DNA of 64,000 nucleotides from Bacteroidota bacterium (GTDB lineage Bacteria; Bacteroidota; Bacteroidia; Sphingobacteriales; Sphingobacteriaceae): NCBI GenBank assembly GCA_040386095.1, contig JAZKGD010000001.1, positions 1,467,530 to 1,531,529 of the forward strand, read 5' to 3'. Shown piece by piece: positions 37,404 to 47,867 of this stretch (position 1 is its first letter; each line of letters starts with the position of its first letter). The notes under the pieces were generated by a model. It saw only the letters and a program-made list of their open reading frames with translations, ran no database searches and was not told where the DNA came from. The position numbers and the translations under genes were made by a program.

Positions 37404-37772
37404 ATGATGAAACGATTAATTCTATCGCTGGCAATCGCTAGCTGCTTGGCCATTTCTAAGGTTAAGGCACAAACTGTTAATGATGTAAAACTATCTGATC
37501 TTAAGGAAGAGTATTTAGAAGTAAGCGAATACAGGAAATTTCTCGGCGAGAAAATCTTTATTTCAGTAGATTACGGGCAAAAAAAGAATACTAATATTAA
37601 TGCTCGAGACCTTGTTGTGAAAGATGAAAAAGGGTATTATTTGGAATATAACTCTGTTATTGAATTTATAAATATAATGAAAACCCATGGTTATGAGTTG
37701 TTCCAAGCATATTCATTAACTACTGGTGAAAACGCTAGATTAATGTATATTCTTAAACGTAAATCCAATTAA
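37404..37772 (+). CDS. Exported hypothetical protein, tandem paralog B
   Basis: Shares the N-terminus, DYGQK, SVIEFIN.MKTHGYELFQ and YILKRKS with paralog A. Confidence 0.7.
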   Translation: MMKRLILSLAIASCLAISKVKAQTVNDVKLSDLKEEYLEVSEYRKFLGEKIFISVDYGQKKNTNINARDLVVKDEKGYYLEYNSVIEFINIMKTHGYELFQAYSLTTGENARLMYILKRKSN

Positions 37773-37794
37773 AATTAAGACTTATATTTAGTCA

Positions 37795-38451
37795 ATGATT
37801 TTTCAATTGCTTAATGATTCCTTAGTTTTTCCTAATCCTGCCTTGGCAGAAGAAGATGGATTATTGGCAATAGGCGGTGATTTAAGTTTAGATCGGTTGC
37901 TTTTGGCCTATCAAAATGGGATTTTTCCATGGTTTAGTGAAGATGATCCCATTTTATGGTATTCGCCTCACCAGCGTTGTGTTATTTTTCCTGATCGGAT
38001 TAAAATTAGCAAAAGCATGCAGAAGGTAATAAAGGAAAGCGTTTTTAAGATTACCGAGAACCAAGCTTTTGCAGATGTAATTTATAATTGCGCTAAAACA
38101 CCTCGTATTGGTCAGGATGGAACTTGGATAACTACCGAAATGCAAGAAGCATATATTGCATTAAATGTAAAAGGTATAGCAAAAAGCATTGAGGTTTGGA
38201 AGGGAAATGAATTGGTTGGTGGTCTTTATGGTGTTGTAATTGGCGCTGTTTTTTGCGGAGAAAGCATGTTCAGTAAAGTCAGCAACGCTTCAAAAATGGC
38301 GTTAATTTATTTGGCTCAAAAGCAAGGTTTGCAATTAATCGACTGCCAATTGCCGAACGAACATTTAATGAGTATGGGGGCGGAGATGATAAGTAGGGAA
38401 GAATATATGAAAGTATTAATTCAACAACTCCCTAATATCGTCCTTACTTAA
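37795..38451 (+). CDS. aat: Leucyl/phenylalanyl-tRNA--protein transferase
   Basis: GLLAIGGDLS, AYQNGIFPW, GTWIT, GGLYGV, GESMFS and IDCQ motifs. Confidence 0.95.
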   Translation: MIFQLLNDSLVFPNPALAEEDGLLAIGGDLSLDRLLLAYQNGIFPWFSEDDPILWYSPHQRCVIFPDRIKISKSMQKVIKESVFKITENQAFADVIYNCAKTPRIGQDGTWITTEMQEAYIALNVKGIAKSIEVWKGNELVGGLYGVVIGAVFCGESMFSKVSNASKMALIYLAQKQGLQLIDCQLPNEHLMSMGAEMISREEYMKVLIQQLPNIVLT

Positions 38452-41313
38452 CGATTTAAAGAAACTCTCTTCTGTAGTAATTAGGGAGTTTGCGAGCGAT
38501 TTTTTACGGCGCTGTAAGGCTAAAATTTTCTCTTCTACCGTGTCTTTAGAAATGAATTTATAAATGAATACTTTTTTATCCTGCCCAATACGATGCGTAC
38601 GGTCAATAGCTTGTTGCTCTACTGCTGGGTTCCACCATGGATCTAAAATGAAAACATAATCTGCTTGAGTTAAATTTAGGCCTACTCCCCCTGCTTTTAT
38701 CGAAATCAAAAACACTTTTAAATCTTTGTTCTCTTGAAATTCTGCTACAATTTCGCCACGGTTCTTTGTGCCTCCATCTAAATAGGCATATTGAATTCCT
38801 TCTTTCTCCAAACTCGTTCTAAAAATGCTAAGGTGCTTTACAAATTGAGAGAAGATGAGCACTTTATGTCCACCCTTTAACACATTATCGAGTGTGTGCA
38901 TTACATTTTCAAATTTTCCTGAATCTGACGTATATTCTTCATCAATCATAACTGGATGGTTTGCCAGTTGCCTTAAGGCAGTTAAGCCTTGTAATAATTG
39001 AACCTGTTTTTTGGAATAAGTGCCATTATCCATGCTGGTTAAAAGATCATTTCTGTAAGCAGATTTAGTTTTTTCGTAATAAGCAGCCTGATCTTCGCTC
39101 ATATCGCAATAAAAAATATGCTCGGTCTTAGGAGGTAATTCTGCAGCTACTTGCTCTTTGGTACGGCGCAGTACAAATGGCTTAATGATAGCCTGTAACT
39201 TCCTTGCTTTTTCTTCATCTTTTCGCTTTTCTATCGCTTGAACATATTCTTCATTAAAAAAGGATTGTGTACCCAGTAAACCTGGGTTTAAAAAGGTAAG
39301 CTGTGTCCACAAATCGCCAACTGAGTTTTCTACAGGGGTGCCACTTAGTACCAATTTATGTCTTGATTTAAGCATTCGAACCGATTTAAATGATTTAGAA
39401 GAGGGGTTCTTTATATTCTGGCTTTCATCTAAAATAATATAGTTAAAATAAAATCTACTAATCTCTTCTACATCAACCCGGGTAATGCCATACGTGGTGA
39501 TTACTAGGTCGTATTTATCAAAAATGCTTACATCCTTATTTCGGAAGGTGCCTGTATGGGCATGGATTTTAAGTTTTGGTGTAAATTTTTTGGCCTCATT
39601 TAACCAGTTATAGATTAATGATGTTGGCATAATGATCAACGAAGTGCTATGCGTGCCATTGTGTTCATCTTCTTCCTTCAATTTCTGTAACATGGCCAGT
39701 GTTTGGATGGTTTTACCCAAACCCATATCGTCGGCCAAACAGCCCCCAAAATTATATTCGCGTAAAAAGCTAAACCAATTGTAGCCAGCTTTCTGATAAT
39801 GACGCAAATCGCCTTTAAAATTCACCGGCATGGTGGTGTCTTCAATATCCTCAAAATCATTTAAGCGTTGTAGCTTTCTATCAAGGGTAACGTTGGCTAA
39901 GCTATCTTCGGCAAGGTCGTTTATTAAGCCGATATGATGTTTTTTAAGCTTAAGGCCTTTACTACCATCAGCCAAGCTAAATAGGCTACTGTATTGGGTA
40001 AACCATTTTTCGGGGATAATGGCTATATCGCCATCAGGCAAAATGAATTCTCTTTTTTTGTGTAATATGTGTTGTTTTAAAGCGATAAATGGAATAGGAT
40101 GAATGCCAAAATACACCACTGCATTAATGTCGAACCAATCGTTATCTTGCTTAATATCGAAATCAATTTTATTAGTTCCAAAAACAAAACGCTTTCCAGA
40201 ACTTGCTTGTTCAATTTCAAAACCATTTGCTTGCAAAACTTCGATATGTTCATTTACCCAAGTGATAATAGCGTAGGATGGATTATCATTTTCAGATAAA
40301 TTAGGGAGTTCTAAATGGTGAAAGATTGCACTTATTTTTTTTAACCCTAAACTTAATAAAAATGCAAATTTTTGTTTTTCCCAATCGCTATTTCGTTTAA
40401 TACGAGTAAAGGTATAATTATCATCTTCCTTACTTAAACGAACGGTAACTTTATGCTCATTTCCCATTGCAAAGGCATAAGAACCATATTTAAAGTAGAG
40501 TTGAATTTGTGAAATCCCTCCATCTACATAAATTACCTTGATAATTGCAGAAGATTCATGCTTTTCGGTTTTAATTTCAAAACCTTCGGCATATACATGA
40601 TATTTTTCTATTAATGGACCTACAAATTTCTCGAAATACGTTTCTTCTGTTGCTTTAGGTATAGTAATGAAACGCTTGTTTAAAAAGGGCATTAATTTTT
40701 TACCTTCAATGTCTTGTTCAAAAAAGTAGAGCACATCATTTAATAATAGCCATGCGGGTTGATTGCAAACCACTTGCGCATCTTTAAACATAAAATCGAT
40801 GCGTAGTCCCTGATACTTAATGGTAGGGAAATACCGTGTTTCGGTATCGCTTCTTCTAAAATGAAATAATACAGTTGCTGGTTCCGTAGCCAAATCAATT
40901 TTTCGCTCTGCCGGCCAGCCATCTTTATCCATTAAATATAATCCATCTTTTATTTTGAGGGTTTCTAAAACTTCGGCGAGCTTCTTCTCTATTTTTGGGC
41001 GAACAGTATCATAAAATTTCTCGTCGTAAAACTTACTGAAGAATTCGAACGGACGAATCGCCTTTTTATGGTACTTCTTAATAATGAAATCTTGCTCTGT
41101 TTCGTCGAGGATTTTAATCAATTTAAAATCGACCTCTGTTAAATGCTTAGCAAATTCTTTAGCCGTATGGGTAAATAAACGCTGGTAGGTTAAAGAAAAA
41201 TCGCCCTGCGGATTGAGTTGAACAATATGAGGTTCAATTAAATAGCCCAAAAACTCATGCTTACATAAGGAATATACAATTTTGCAGGGTCCGGAACTAT
41301 TTACACGTAACAT
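38416..41313 (-). CDS. SNF2-family (DEAD/DEAH-box) helicase
   Basis: LADDMGLGKT, ILDESQNIKN, LSGTPVEN, GGVGLNL and QAIDRTHRIGQ motifs. Confidence 0.93.
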   Translation of the reverse strand: MLRVNSSGPCKIVYSLCKHEFLGYLIEPHIVQLNPQGDFSLTYQRLFTHTAKEFAKHLTEVDFKLIKILDETEQDFIIKKYHKKAIRPFEFFSKFYDEKFYDTVRPKIEKKLAEVLETLKIKDGLYLMDKDGWPAERKIDLATEPATVLFHFRRSDTETRYFPTIKYQGLRIDFMFKDAQVVCNQPAWLLLNDVLYFFEQDIEGKKLMPFLNKRFITIPKATEETYFEKFVGPLIEKYHVYAEGFEIKTEKHESSAIIKVIYVDGGISQIQLYFKYGSYAFAMGNEHKVTVRLSKEDDNYTFTRIKRNSDWEKQKFAFLLSLGLKKISAIFHHLELPNLSENDNPSYAIITWVNEHIEVLQANGFEIEQASSGKRFVFGTNKIDFDIKQDNDWFDINAVVYFGIHPIPFIALKQHILHKKREFILPDGDIAIIPEKWFTQYSSLFSLADGSKGLKLKKHHIGLINDLAEDSLANVTLDRKLQRLNDFEDIEDTTMPVNFKGDLRHYQKAGYNWFSFLREYNFGGCLADDMGLGKTIQTLAMLQKLKEEDEHNGTHSTSLIIMPTSLIYNWLNEAKKFTPKLKIHAHTGTFRNKDVSIFDKYDLVITTYGITRVDVEEISRFYFNYIILDESQNIKNPSSKSFKSVRMLKSRHKLVLSGTPVENSVGDLWTQLTFLNPGLLGTQSFFNEEYVQAIEKRKDEEKARKLQAIIKPFVLRRTKEQVAAELPPKTEHIFYCDMSEDQAAYYEKTKSAYRNDLLTSMDNGTYSKKQVQLLQGLTALRQLANHPVMIDEEYTSDSGKFENVMHTLDNVLKGGHKVLIFSQFVKHLSIFRTSLEKEGIQYAYLDGGTKNRGEIVAEFQENKDLKVFLISIKAGGVGLNLTQADYVFILDPWWNPAVEQQAIDRTHRIGQDKKVFIYKFISKDTVEEKILALQRRKKSLANSLITTEESFFKSLSKDDIRELLN

Positions 41314-41568
41314 TAGTTAAAGGCTAAAAGAAAGAAAAGGTAAGCAGCTAAAAAATTCTAAACTTACATCAAATTGTTGTGTATTCAAACTTTTTTCAAA
41401 AGACTTGTGAAGTTTAACTCAATTTCTTTTTGTCTTTGATCTGGTTGAGGGCTTCGCCATTTTAAAACTTTGCAAGTCTAAACTTGTTACAGCGAATTTC
41501 AAAGTGCTTAACCCTTAAGTTTATTGAGGCGGATAAATAATGGGCTAAAGCGGTGCGATTTTACTTTC

Positions 41569-41598
41569 CCGTTCGTCGAAGAATTACAGCCGTTCGTC
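41569..41598 (+). promoter_or_regulatory. 9-bp direct repeat with 12-bp spacer (LytTR-type operator geometry)
   Basis: CCGTTCGTC at 41569-41577 and 41590-41598. Confidence 0.5.
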
Positions 41599-41746
41599 TA
41601 GGGTTAACTGCTTATGGTCTAAAAGCCACAGTTTGGCTGCAACCTTTTGCCTTTAACCTAGTCTTATTTACGAAACCTGCCAAAAGGAATGACAGGAAAA
41701 ACAAAAACATAAATAACAGACAAACAAATATTTAAAATATAAAATC

Positions 41747-42403
41747 ATGAAAACTTCTATAAAAAACCTAATCGCAGCAGTATTAACAACAGTAGTATTA
41801 ACTAGTTCTGCATTCGCTTCAACAGACGAGCAAAAAAGTACAAACACAGTTACCATTTTAAATCAAGTTAAAAACATCAACAAATTAGTAGTAAGCGGAA
41901 ATGTTGAAGTGTTCTTGATCCAGGCACCAACTGAAAGCGTAAAAGTATACGATAGCTACTATTCGAAAAATGCACTAGTACAACAAGAACAAGGAGTATT
42001 AAGAATTAGCTCTTTCGAAAAAGAAACATTAAAAGTTGCAGTGTATGTAAATAACATTTCAGCCATACAAGCATCAGATAATGCATCGGTAAAAACCTTT
42101 GGTAAAGTTTCGTTCTTAAGTTTAGATGTAATTTTAAAAGATAAAGCATCGGCTGATATCAATGCAAACACAGTAAGCTTATATACTTCAGTAAAAGACA
42201 ATGCGAGCTTAACTTTAAGTGGTTCTACAGAAGATCATACTGCTTTATTGGGTTCTGTTGCTAGAATGAGTATGAACCAATTTGCAGCCGTAAATTCTTC
42301 AGTAAGTAGCGTTGCTAATCCGGTTATCGCAGCTAAAAAACCAATAAAACAAACGTTAGAGAGCTTATCATTAATGGATAACTTTTCGGAAATCGGAAAA
42401 TAA
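41747..42403 (+). CDS. GIN domain (DUF2807-like) exported protein
   Basis: Signal peptide followed by beta-helix-like repeats (KLVVSGNVEVFL, IQASDNASV, LTLSGST). Confidence 0.7.
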   Translation: MKTSIKNLIAAVLTTVVLTSSAFASTDEQKSTNTVTILNQVKNINKLVVSGNVEVFLIQAPTESVKVYDSYYSKNALVQQEQGVLRISSFEKETLKVAVYVNNISAIQASDNASVKTFGKVSFLSLDVILKDKASADINANTVSLYTSVKDNASLTLSGSTEDHTALLGSVARMSMNQFAAVNSSVSSVANPVIAAKKPIKQTLESLSLMDNFSEIGK

Positions 42404-42432
42404 CAAACTCAACATATATTAATTTTATAATC

Positions 42433-42468
42433 AAAAAAGGGTTCCAACATTATGTCGGAACCCTTTTT
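42433..42468. terminator. Bidirectional intrinsic terminator between convergent genes
   Basis: AAAAAGGGTTCC / GGAACCCTTTTT. Confidence 0.8.
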
Positions 42469-42488
42469 CTATGTTAAAACCGCAGATA

Positions 42489-44027
42489 TTATAGATCAAA
42501 TTTGATCCCTTGCGCTAATGGCAGCGTATTTGCGTAATTAATCGTATTTGTTTGTCTACGCATGTAAGCTCTCCAAGCATCAGATCCACTTTCTCTTCCT
42601 CCACCAGTTTCTTTTTCCCCTCCAAAAGCACCGCCAATTTCGGCCCCGGAAGTTCCTATATTTACATTCGCAATGCCACAGTCTGAGCCTTGTGTAGACA
42701 GGAATAATTCAGCTTCCCTCAAATTTAAAGTCATAATAGCTGATGATAGCCCTTGAGGAACTCCATTTTGTAAAGCAATTGCTTCTTCTAATGTTGTGTA
42801 TTTAATGAGATATAAAATGGGTGCAAATGTTTCATGTTGTACAATTTTAAAATCATTTTTTACCTCGGCTATGCAAGGTTTAACATAGCAACCAGATGCA
42901 TATTGATCGCCTATTAAAACACCGCCTTCTACTACAAAATTTCCACCTTCAGCTTTGCATTTTTCTATCGAATCTAAATAACTAGCTACGGCATCGGTAT
43001 CAATAAGTGGCCCAACATGGTTATGCTGATCTAATGGGTCGCCTATACGTAATTGGCCATATGCTTTAACCAATTTGCCTACAAAGGCATCGTATACACT
43101 TTCGTGGATAATTAAACGACGAGTTGTGGTGCAACGTTGTCCTGCGGTACCAACTGCGCCAAAAACTGCACCAATAATAGACATATCTAAATCAGCATCC
43201 TTCGAAATAATGATGGCATTGTTGCCGCCAAGCTCTAATAAACTTTTACCTAAGCGAGCACCTACAGCGGCACTAACGGCCTTACCCATTCGGGTAGAAC
43301 CTGTTGCAGAAACTAATGCAACCCGAGTATCATTACTTAATAATTCGCCAATACTGCGATCACCGATAATCAAATTAGAAACACCTTCAGGCACATCATT
43401 ATTAGCTAAAACTTTTTCGATAATACGCTGACAAGCAATTGCAGTTAAAGGTGTTTTTTCTGATGGCTTCCAAACGCAAACATTACCACAAACCCATGCC
43501 AATGCAGTATTCCATGCCCATACGGCTACCGGAAAATTAAAGGCAGAAATAATTCCAACGATACCTAGCGGATGCCATTGCTCATACATTCTATGATTTG
43601 GACGTTCGCTATGCATGGTTAACCCATATAGTTGGCGTGATAAACCTACTGCAAAATCGCAGATATCGATCATTTCTTGAACTTCACCAAAACCTTCTTG
43701 TAAACTTTTCCCCATTTCATAAGAAACCAAGGTGCCTAGCGCTTCTTTTTGAGCCCTTAGTGCTTCGCCAAACTGACGAACCATTTCTCCTCTTTTGGGT
43801 GCAGGAACTGTTCGCCATGTTAAAAAGGCTTTTTGTGCAGTTTCAATAACTAGGTTGTAATCTTGCTGTGAAGCAGCCGAAGCGCCAGCAATTTTTTTTC
43901 CATCTACTGGAGAATAACTTTCAATACTATTTCCGCCAGGTGTTCCCCATTGGCTACCTGTACTGTATGCAGGATTTAAATCCTCAATGTCTAACTGTTT
44001 TAAGATTTCGCTTATTGCTGTGTTCAT
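42489..44027 (-). CDS. Aldehyde dehydrogenase, ALDH7/piperideine-6-carboxylate dehydrogenase-like
   Basis: GEVQEMIDICDFAVG, AFNFP, WKPSEKTP, LELGGNN, AGQRC and ETFAP motifs. ATG at 44027. Confidence 0.9.
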   Translation of the reverse strand: MNTAISEILKQLDIEDLNPAYSTGSQWGTPGGNSIESYSPVDGKKIAGASAASQQDYNLVIETAQKAFLTWRTVPAPKRGEMVRQFGEALRAQKEALGTLVSYEMGKSLQEGFGEVQEMIDICDFAVGLSRQLYGLTMHSERPNHRMYEQWHPLGIVGIISAFNFPVAVWAWNTALAWVCGNVCVWKPSEKTPLTAIACQRIIEKVLANNDVPEGVSNLIIGDRSIGELLSNDTRVALVSATGSTRMGKAVSAAVGARLGKSLLELGGNNAIIISKDADLDMSIIGAVFGAVGTAGQRCTTTRRLIIHESVYDAFVGKLVKAYGQLRIGDPLDQHNHVGPLIDTDAVASYLDSIEKCKAEGGNFVVEGGVLIGDQYASGCYVKPCIAEVKNDFKIVQHETFAPILYLIKYTTLEEAIALQNGVPQGLSSAIMTLNLREAELFLSTQGSDCGIANVNIGTSGAEIGGAFGGEKETGGGRESGSDAWRAYMRRQTNTINYANTLPLAQGIKFDL

Positions 44028-44112
44028 ACTGTTATCCTTTAATAGGTACACAAAGCAACAAAAAATTAAGGAGCTTTTCCAATTTTAGTAACTTAGAATC
44101 GTCATCCTTTGC

Positions 44113-44165
44113 AACCCTCATCCGATGAGAATTTGCATCATGGCTATTCTCATCGGATGAGGGTT
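44113..44165. repeat. Perfect 20-bp inverted repeat with self-palindromic arms
   Basis: AACCCTCATCCGATGAGAAT / ATTCTCATCGGATGAGGGTT. Confidence 0.8.
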
Positions 44166-44170
44166 TGATA

Positions 44171-44635
44171 TTAATTACAGCCTTCTTTTCTTCTGGTATC
44201 AATAATATAAATAATCTTCCAGCCGTTCTCACCTTTAAAAAGTTGAAAAGAATTTACACCGCAATGGCTAAATTTATCACCAATATAAAATTTATAATCT
44301 GTCCACACGCTAGCCAAATTACCATCAATCAAGATTTTTGTAAATACAATGCGCTCATCATATTTTTGCGGATGTGGGGCAGAAATACTCTTAATAAATC
44401 CATCCACGCTTTCGGTTCTTACCGCCATTTTACCTTCTTTATTGGTGGCAATAGTTTGCATGATGCTTTTTGTGGCAAATGCTTTTCTAATCAATGTAGA
44501 ATCTGATGTTCGCATGCCATCAAACAAATTAGTAATTGTTGCTTTTACTGCATTTTCTTCTGGTGCCGCCGTTTGGGCATTAATTTTGCCTAAACTAATG
44601 CAAAAGATAATAAAAAGGATGAAATGCTTTTTCAT
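44171..44635 (-). CDS. NTF2/SnoaL-like (lumazine-binding-like) exported protein
   Basis: Signal peptide, LASVWTDYKF and HCGVNSFQL...WKI. Confidence 0.75.
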   Translation of the reverse strand: MKKHFILFIIFCISLGKINAQTAAPEENAVKATITNLFDGMRTSDSTLIRKAFATKSIMQTIATNKEGKMAVRTESVDGFIKSISAPHPQKYDERIVFTKILIDGNLASVWTDYKFYIGDKFSHCGVNSFQLFKGENGWKIIYIIDTRRKEGCN

Positions 44636-44872
44636 GACTTGAATTTTACTGATTTAAGATTAAATATATGTTATTTTGTAAATAATTGATAAGAATAGTC
44701 TCATTAAGCCTATAACTCCACATCTCAATTAATGCTAAGCGTTTTATTATTAGTTCATTAACCTCAAAGATGTGTGGATGTTGAAAATTTTTTCATTAAC
44801 CCCGGCTATAAAAAACGTAAACTTATAATGTATTTATTAATTAATAGGAGATGTTCTTTAAATACTTGAGAA

Positions 44873-46276
44873 ATGGAAGAAGAATTTGAATTTGATTTTA
44901 GTAAAGATGCACAAAACTCGATCGAACGTTACGAAGAAATGATTCGTAATCAAGATCAGTATTTTTTTGATGCACAGGCTTTTGAATATATAATTGATAA
45001 CTACATCGACAAAAACGACCCGGTTAAGGCTTTGCAGGTTGTAGAGTATGCCCTAAATCAGCATCCATATGCCGCTGTTTTTTTAATTAAGCAAGCACAA
45101 TTGCTTTTGTTTACTGATCAAGTAGACAAAGCATTTGCCGCCCTAGAAAAGGCAGAAATGCTGGAAGCTTCGGAAGCCGATATCTATGTACTTCGAGGTA
45201 ATATTTATCATAATTTAGAACGGCATGCAGAGGCACTCGAGAATTTCGAAAAAGCATTAACCCTTGCCGAAACTACCGACGAAATTTTATTGCAAATGGC
45301 ATATGTGTACCAAAATATGCATGATTACGAGAGCGCGATTATCTATATCAAGCGCAGCTTAGAACAAAACATGGAAAACAAAGACGGCTTGTATGAGCTG
45401 GCATTTTGTTATGATATTTTAGATAAGCAAGAAGAGAGCATTCAGTTTTACCAAGAGTATATTGATAACGACCCTTATTCTTACGCCGCATGGTATAATT
45501 TAGCGAATTCGTTTCATAAAATGGATTTATTTGAGAAAGCGATTGATGCTTATGATTACGCTATTTTAATTAAGGAAAACTTTGCATCAGCCTATTATAA
45601 TAAAGGAAATGCATTGGTACAACTCGATAAATATGCCGAAGCGATAGCCGTTTATAAACAAACTTTTGAGTACGAACCGCCAAATGCGGATACCTATTGC
45701 GCAATAGGCGAATGTTACGAGAAATTAGAACAAATGGACGAGGCGCGATCGTATTATAAAAAATCAGTTAAAATGGATGCCACGATGGCCGATGCTTGGT
45801 TTGGAATTGGCGTAACTTTAAATTTTGAAGAACGGTTTTTTGAATCGCTACATTTTTATAAAAAGGCACTAGAACTGGATGAAGAAAACCCAGATTTTTG
45901 GTTTGCAATAGCAGATGCCTATTATAAATTAAATCAAATAGACCAATCTGTTGAGGCCTATCATAAGGTTTTAGAATATAACCCATTAGATATCGAAGCA
46001 TGGCTAGATTTTTCGACGGTGTTGTATGAGCAAGGAAAATTAGTAGAAGCATCTGAAACAATGGCAGATGCGATTAAAAATAATCCTGATGCAGCTGAAC
46101 TGTATTATCGAATGGTAGCCTATCTTTTTGCATTGGGCGAAAGCAAAGATGCCATTGCTTATCTGGAAACTGCGCTAACAACTGATCCCGAAAAACATTA
46201 TATCTTATTCGAGTATTTACCTCAATTACAAGACAATGGGCTAATTATTGAAGTAATTAATAAATATATTAAATAG
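44873..46276 (+). CDS. Tetratricopeptide repeat protein
   Basis: Many AWYNLA / AYYNKG / AWFGIG TPR units. Confidence 0.9.
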   Translation: MEEEFEFDFSKDAQNSIERYEEMIRNQDQYFFDAQAFEYIIDNYIDKNDPVKALQVVEYALNQHPYAAVFLIKQAQLLLFTDQVDKAFAALEKAEMLEASEADIYVLRGNIYHNLERHAEALENFEKALTLAETTDEILLQMAYVYQNMHDYESAIIYIKRSLEQNMENKDGLYELAFCYDILDKQEESIQFYQEYIDNDPYSYAAWYNLANSFHKMDLFEKAIDAYDYAILIKENFASAYYNKGNALVQLDKYAEAIAVYKQTFEYEPPNADTYCAIGECYEKLEQMDEARSYYKKSVKMDATMADAWFGIGVTLNFEERFFESLHFYKKALELDEENPDFWFAIADAYYKLNQIDQSVEAYHKVLEYNPLDIEAWLDFSTVLYEQGKLVEASETMADAIKNNPDAAELYYRMVAYLFALGESKDAIAYLETALTTDPEKHYILFEYLPQLQDNGLIIEVINKYIK

Positions 46277-46349
46277 AATATTTTAAAAAATAGCAGAGTT
46301 TTTTAACCTTTGCAGCATATATATGAGCCTTTAGGGCTAAAACACGCAA

Positions 46350-47126
46350 ATGAACTACAAATTAAATAATATTCCAGAACGTCCCGCTAAACCACGTCAA
46401 AAAGGTTTAACCATGGTAATGGATAAAGGATTAAGTTTAAGACAGGTTGAAGATTTTATAGAGATTGCTGGTACACATACCGATATCGTAAAGTTAGGCT
46501 GGGCCACCTCTTATGTAACACCTAATTTAAAAGAGAAATTAGCACTTTATCGTAGTGCTGGAATACCTACCTATTTTGGAGGAACATTATTTGAGGCTTT
46601 TGCCATTCGCAATCAGTTCGACGATTATAGAAGGGTTTTGGAAGAATTCGGAATGGAATATGCCGAGGTTTCTGACGGGTCGATGGATATTGAACACGAC
46701 GAGAAATGCGAGTTTATTAGGCAATTATCTACACAGGTTACCGTAATTTCGGAAGTTGGATCAAAAGATGCAGCTAAGATTTTTGCACCTTATAAGTGGA
46801 TTGCCTTAATGAAAGCAGAAATTGAAGCGGGTTCTTGGAAAGTAATTGCTGAAGCGCGTGAAGGTGGTAACGTTGGTATTTATCGTGGAACTGGAGAGGT
46901 TAGAGAAGGGTTAGTTGATGAGATTTTAACACAAATACCAGAAGAAACCATTATCTGGGAGGCTCCTCAAAAGGAACAACAAGTGTGGTTTATTAAACTA
47001 ATAGGTACAAATGTTAACTTAGGAAATATAGCTCCTGCCGAAGTTATTCCGCTAGAAACCATTCGTTTAGGATTAAGAGGAGATACTTTTGATTATTTTT
47101 TAAATGAGAAGAAATTTGGAGAATGA
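46350..47126 (+). CDS. comA: Phosphosulfolactate synthase (ComA family)
   Basis: KPRQKGLTMVMDKG, VKLGWAT, EVSDG, SEVGSK and IWEAP motifs. Confidence 0.85.
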   Translation: MNYKLNNIPERPAKPRQKGLTMVMDKGLSLRQVEDFIEIAGTHTDIVKLGWATSYVTPNLKEKLALYRSAGIPTYFGGTLFEAFAIRNQFDDYRRVLEEFGMEYAEVSDGSMDIEHDEKCEFIRQLSTQVTVISEVGSKDAAKIFAPYKWIALMKAEIEAGSWKVIAEAREGGNVGIYRGTGEVREGLVDEILTQIPEETIIWEAPQKEQQVWFIKLIGTNVNLGNIAPAEVIPLETIRLGLRGDTFDYFLNEKKFGE

Positions 47127-47866
47127 GAACATTCGGCTTAATTGGCTTTCCTTTATCCCATTCATTTTCTAAGAAATTTTTTTCAGATAAGTTTGAGAGA
47201 GAGCAGATCGTAGGCTGTGGGTATGAATTATTTCCGATTGAAAAAGCAGAATCGATTTTAACTTTAATTCACCAAAATCCATCACTGTGTGGCTTAAACG
47301 TTACGATACCACATAAAGTAGCTGTGATGCCATTTCTGAATGAATTGGATGCTGCTGCTGCCGAAATTGGAGCCGTAAATTGTATCTCAATAAAGACCGA
47401 AAATGATACGGTGGTATTAAAAGGGTATAATACTGATGCGTATGGTTTTGAAGAATCGTTAAAACCTTTACTTGAAAAACATCACCAAAAAGCATTGATA
47501 TTTGGTGATGGAGGCGCTGCTAAAGCCGTAAAATACGTATTGAAACAATTAGCTATTCCTTATCTAGTGGTGGTTCGAAAACAAACTGAAAATGCGTTGC
47601 TTTATGAGGATATTACCGCGGATCTATTAAACGAGTATACCCTTTTGATCAATACTACACCTTTAGGAATGTTGCCTAATTTGGAAGCATGCCCTCCAAT
47701 TCCTTATCAACACCTAACGGATAGGCATTTAGCATACGATTTGGTCTACAACCCAGAAGAGACTCTATTCCTAACAAAAGCAAAGCAGCAGGGTGCGAAA
47801 ATTAAAAATGGATTAGAAATGTTGTATCTTCAAGCAGAACGTTCTTGGTATATATGGAATGCATAG
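47123..47866 (+). CDS. aroE: Shikimate dehydrogenase
   Basis: SHSFS, NVTIPHK, IGAVN, NTD, INTTPLG, DLVYNP and NGLEML motifs. Confidence 0.93.
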   Translation: MRTFGLIGFPLSHSFSKKFFSDKFEREQIVGCGYELFPIEKAESILTLIHQNPSLCGLNVTIPHKVAVMPFLNELDAAAAEIGAVNCISIKTENDTVVLKGYNTDAYGFEESLKPLLEKHHQKALIFGDGGAAKAVKYVLKQLAIPYLVVVRKQTENALLYEDITADLLNEYTLLINTTPLGMLPNLEACPPIPYQHLTDRHLAYDLVYNPEETLFLTKAKQQGAKIKNGLEMLYLQAERSWYIWNA

Positions 47867-47867
47867 G

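Noticed and set aside
44032-44232. 66-aa minus-strand ORF between the NTF2-like and ALDH genes
   Set aside because: It overlaps the NTF2-like gene end and runs through a palindrome; there is no coding signal.
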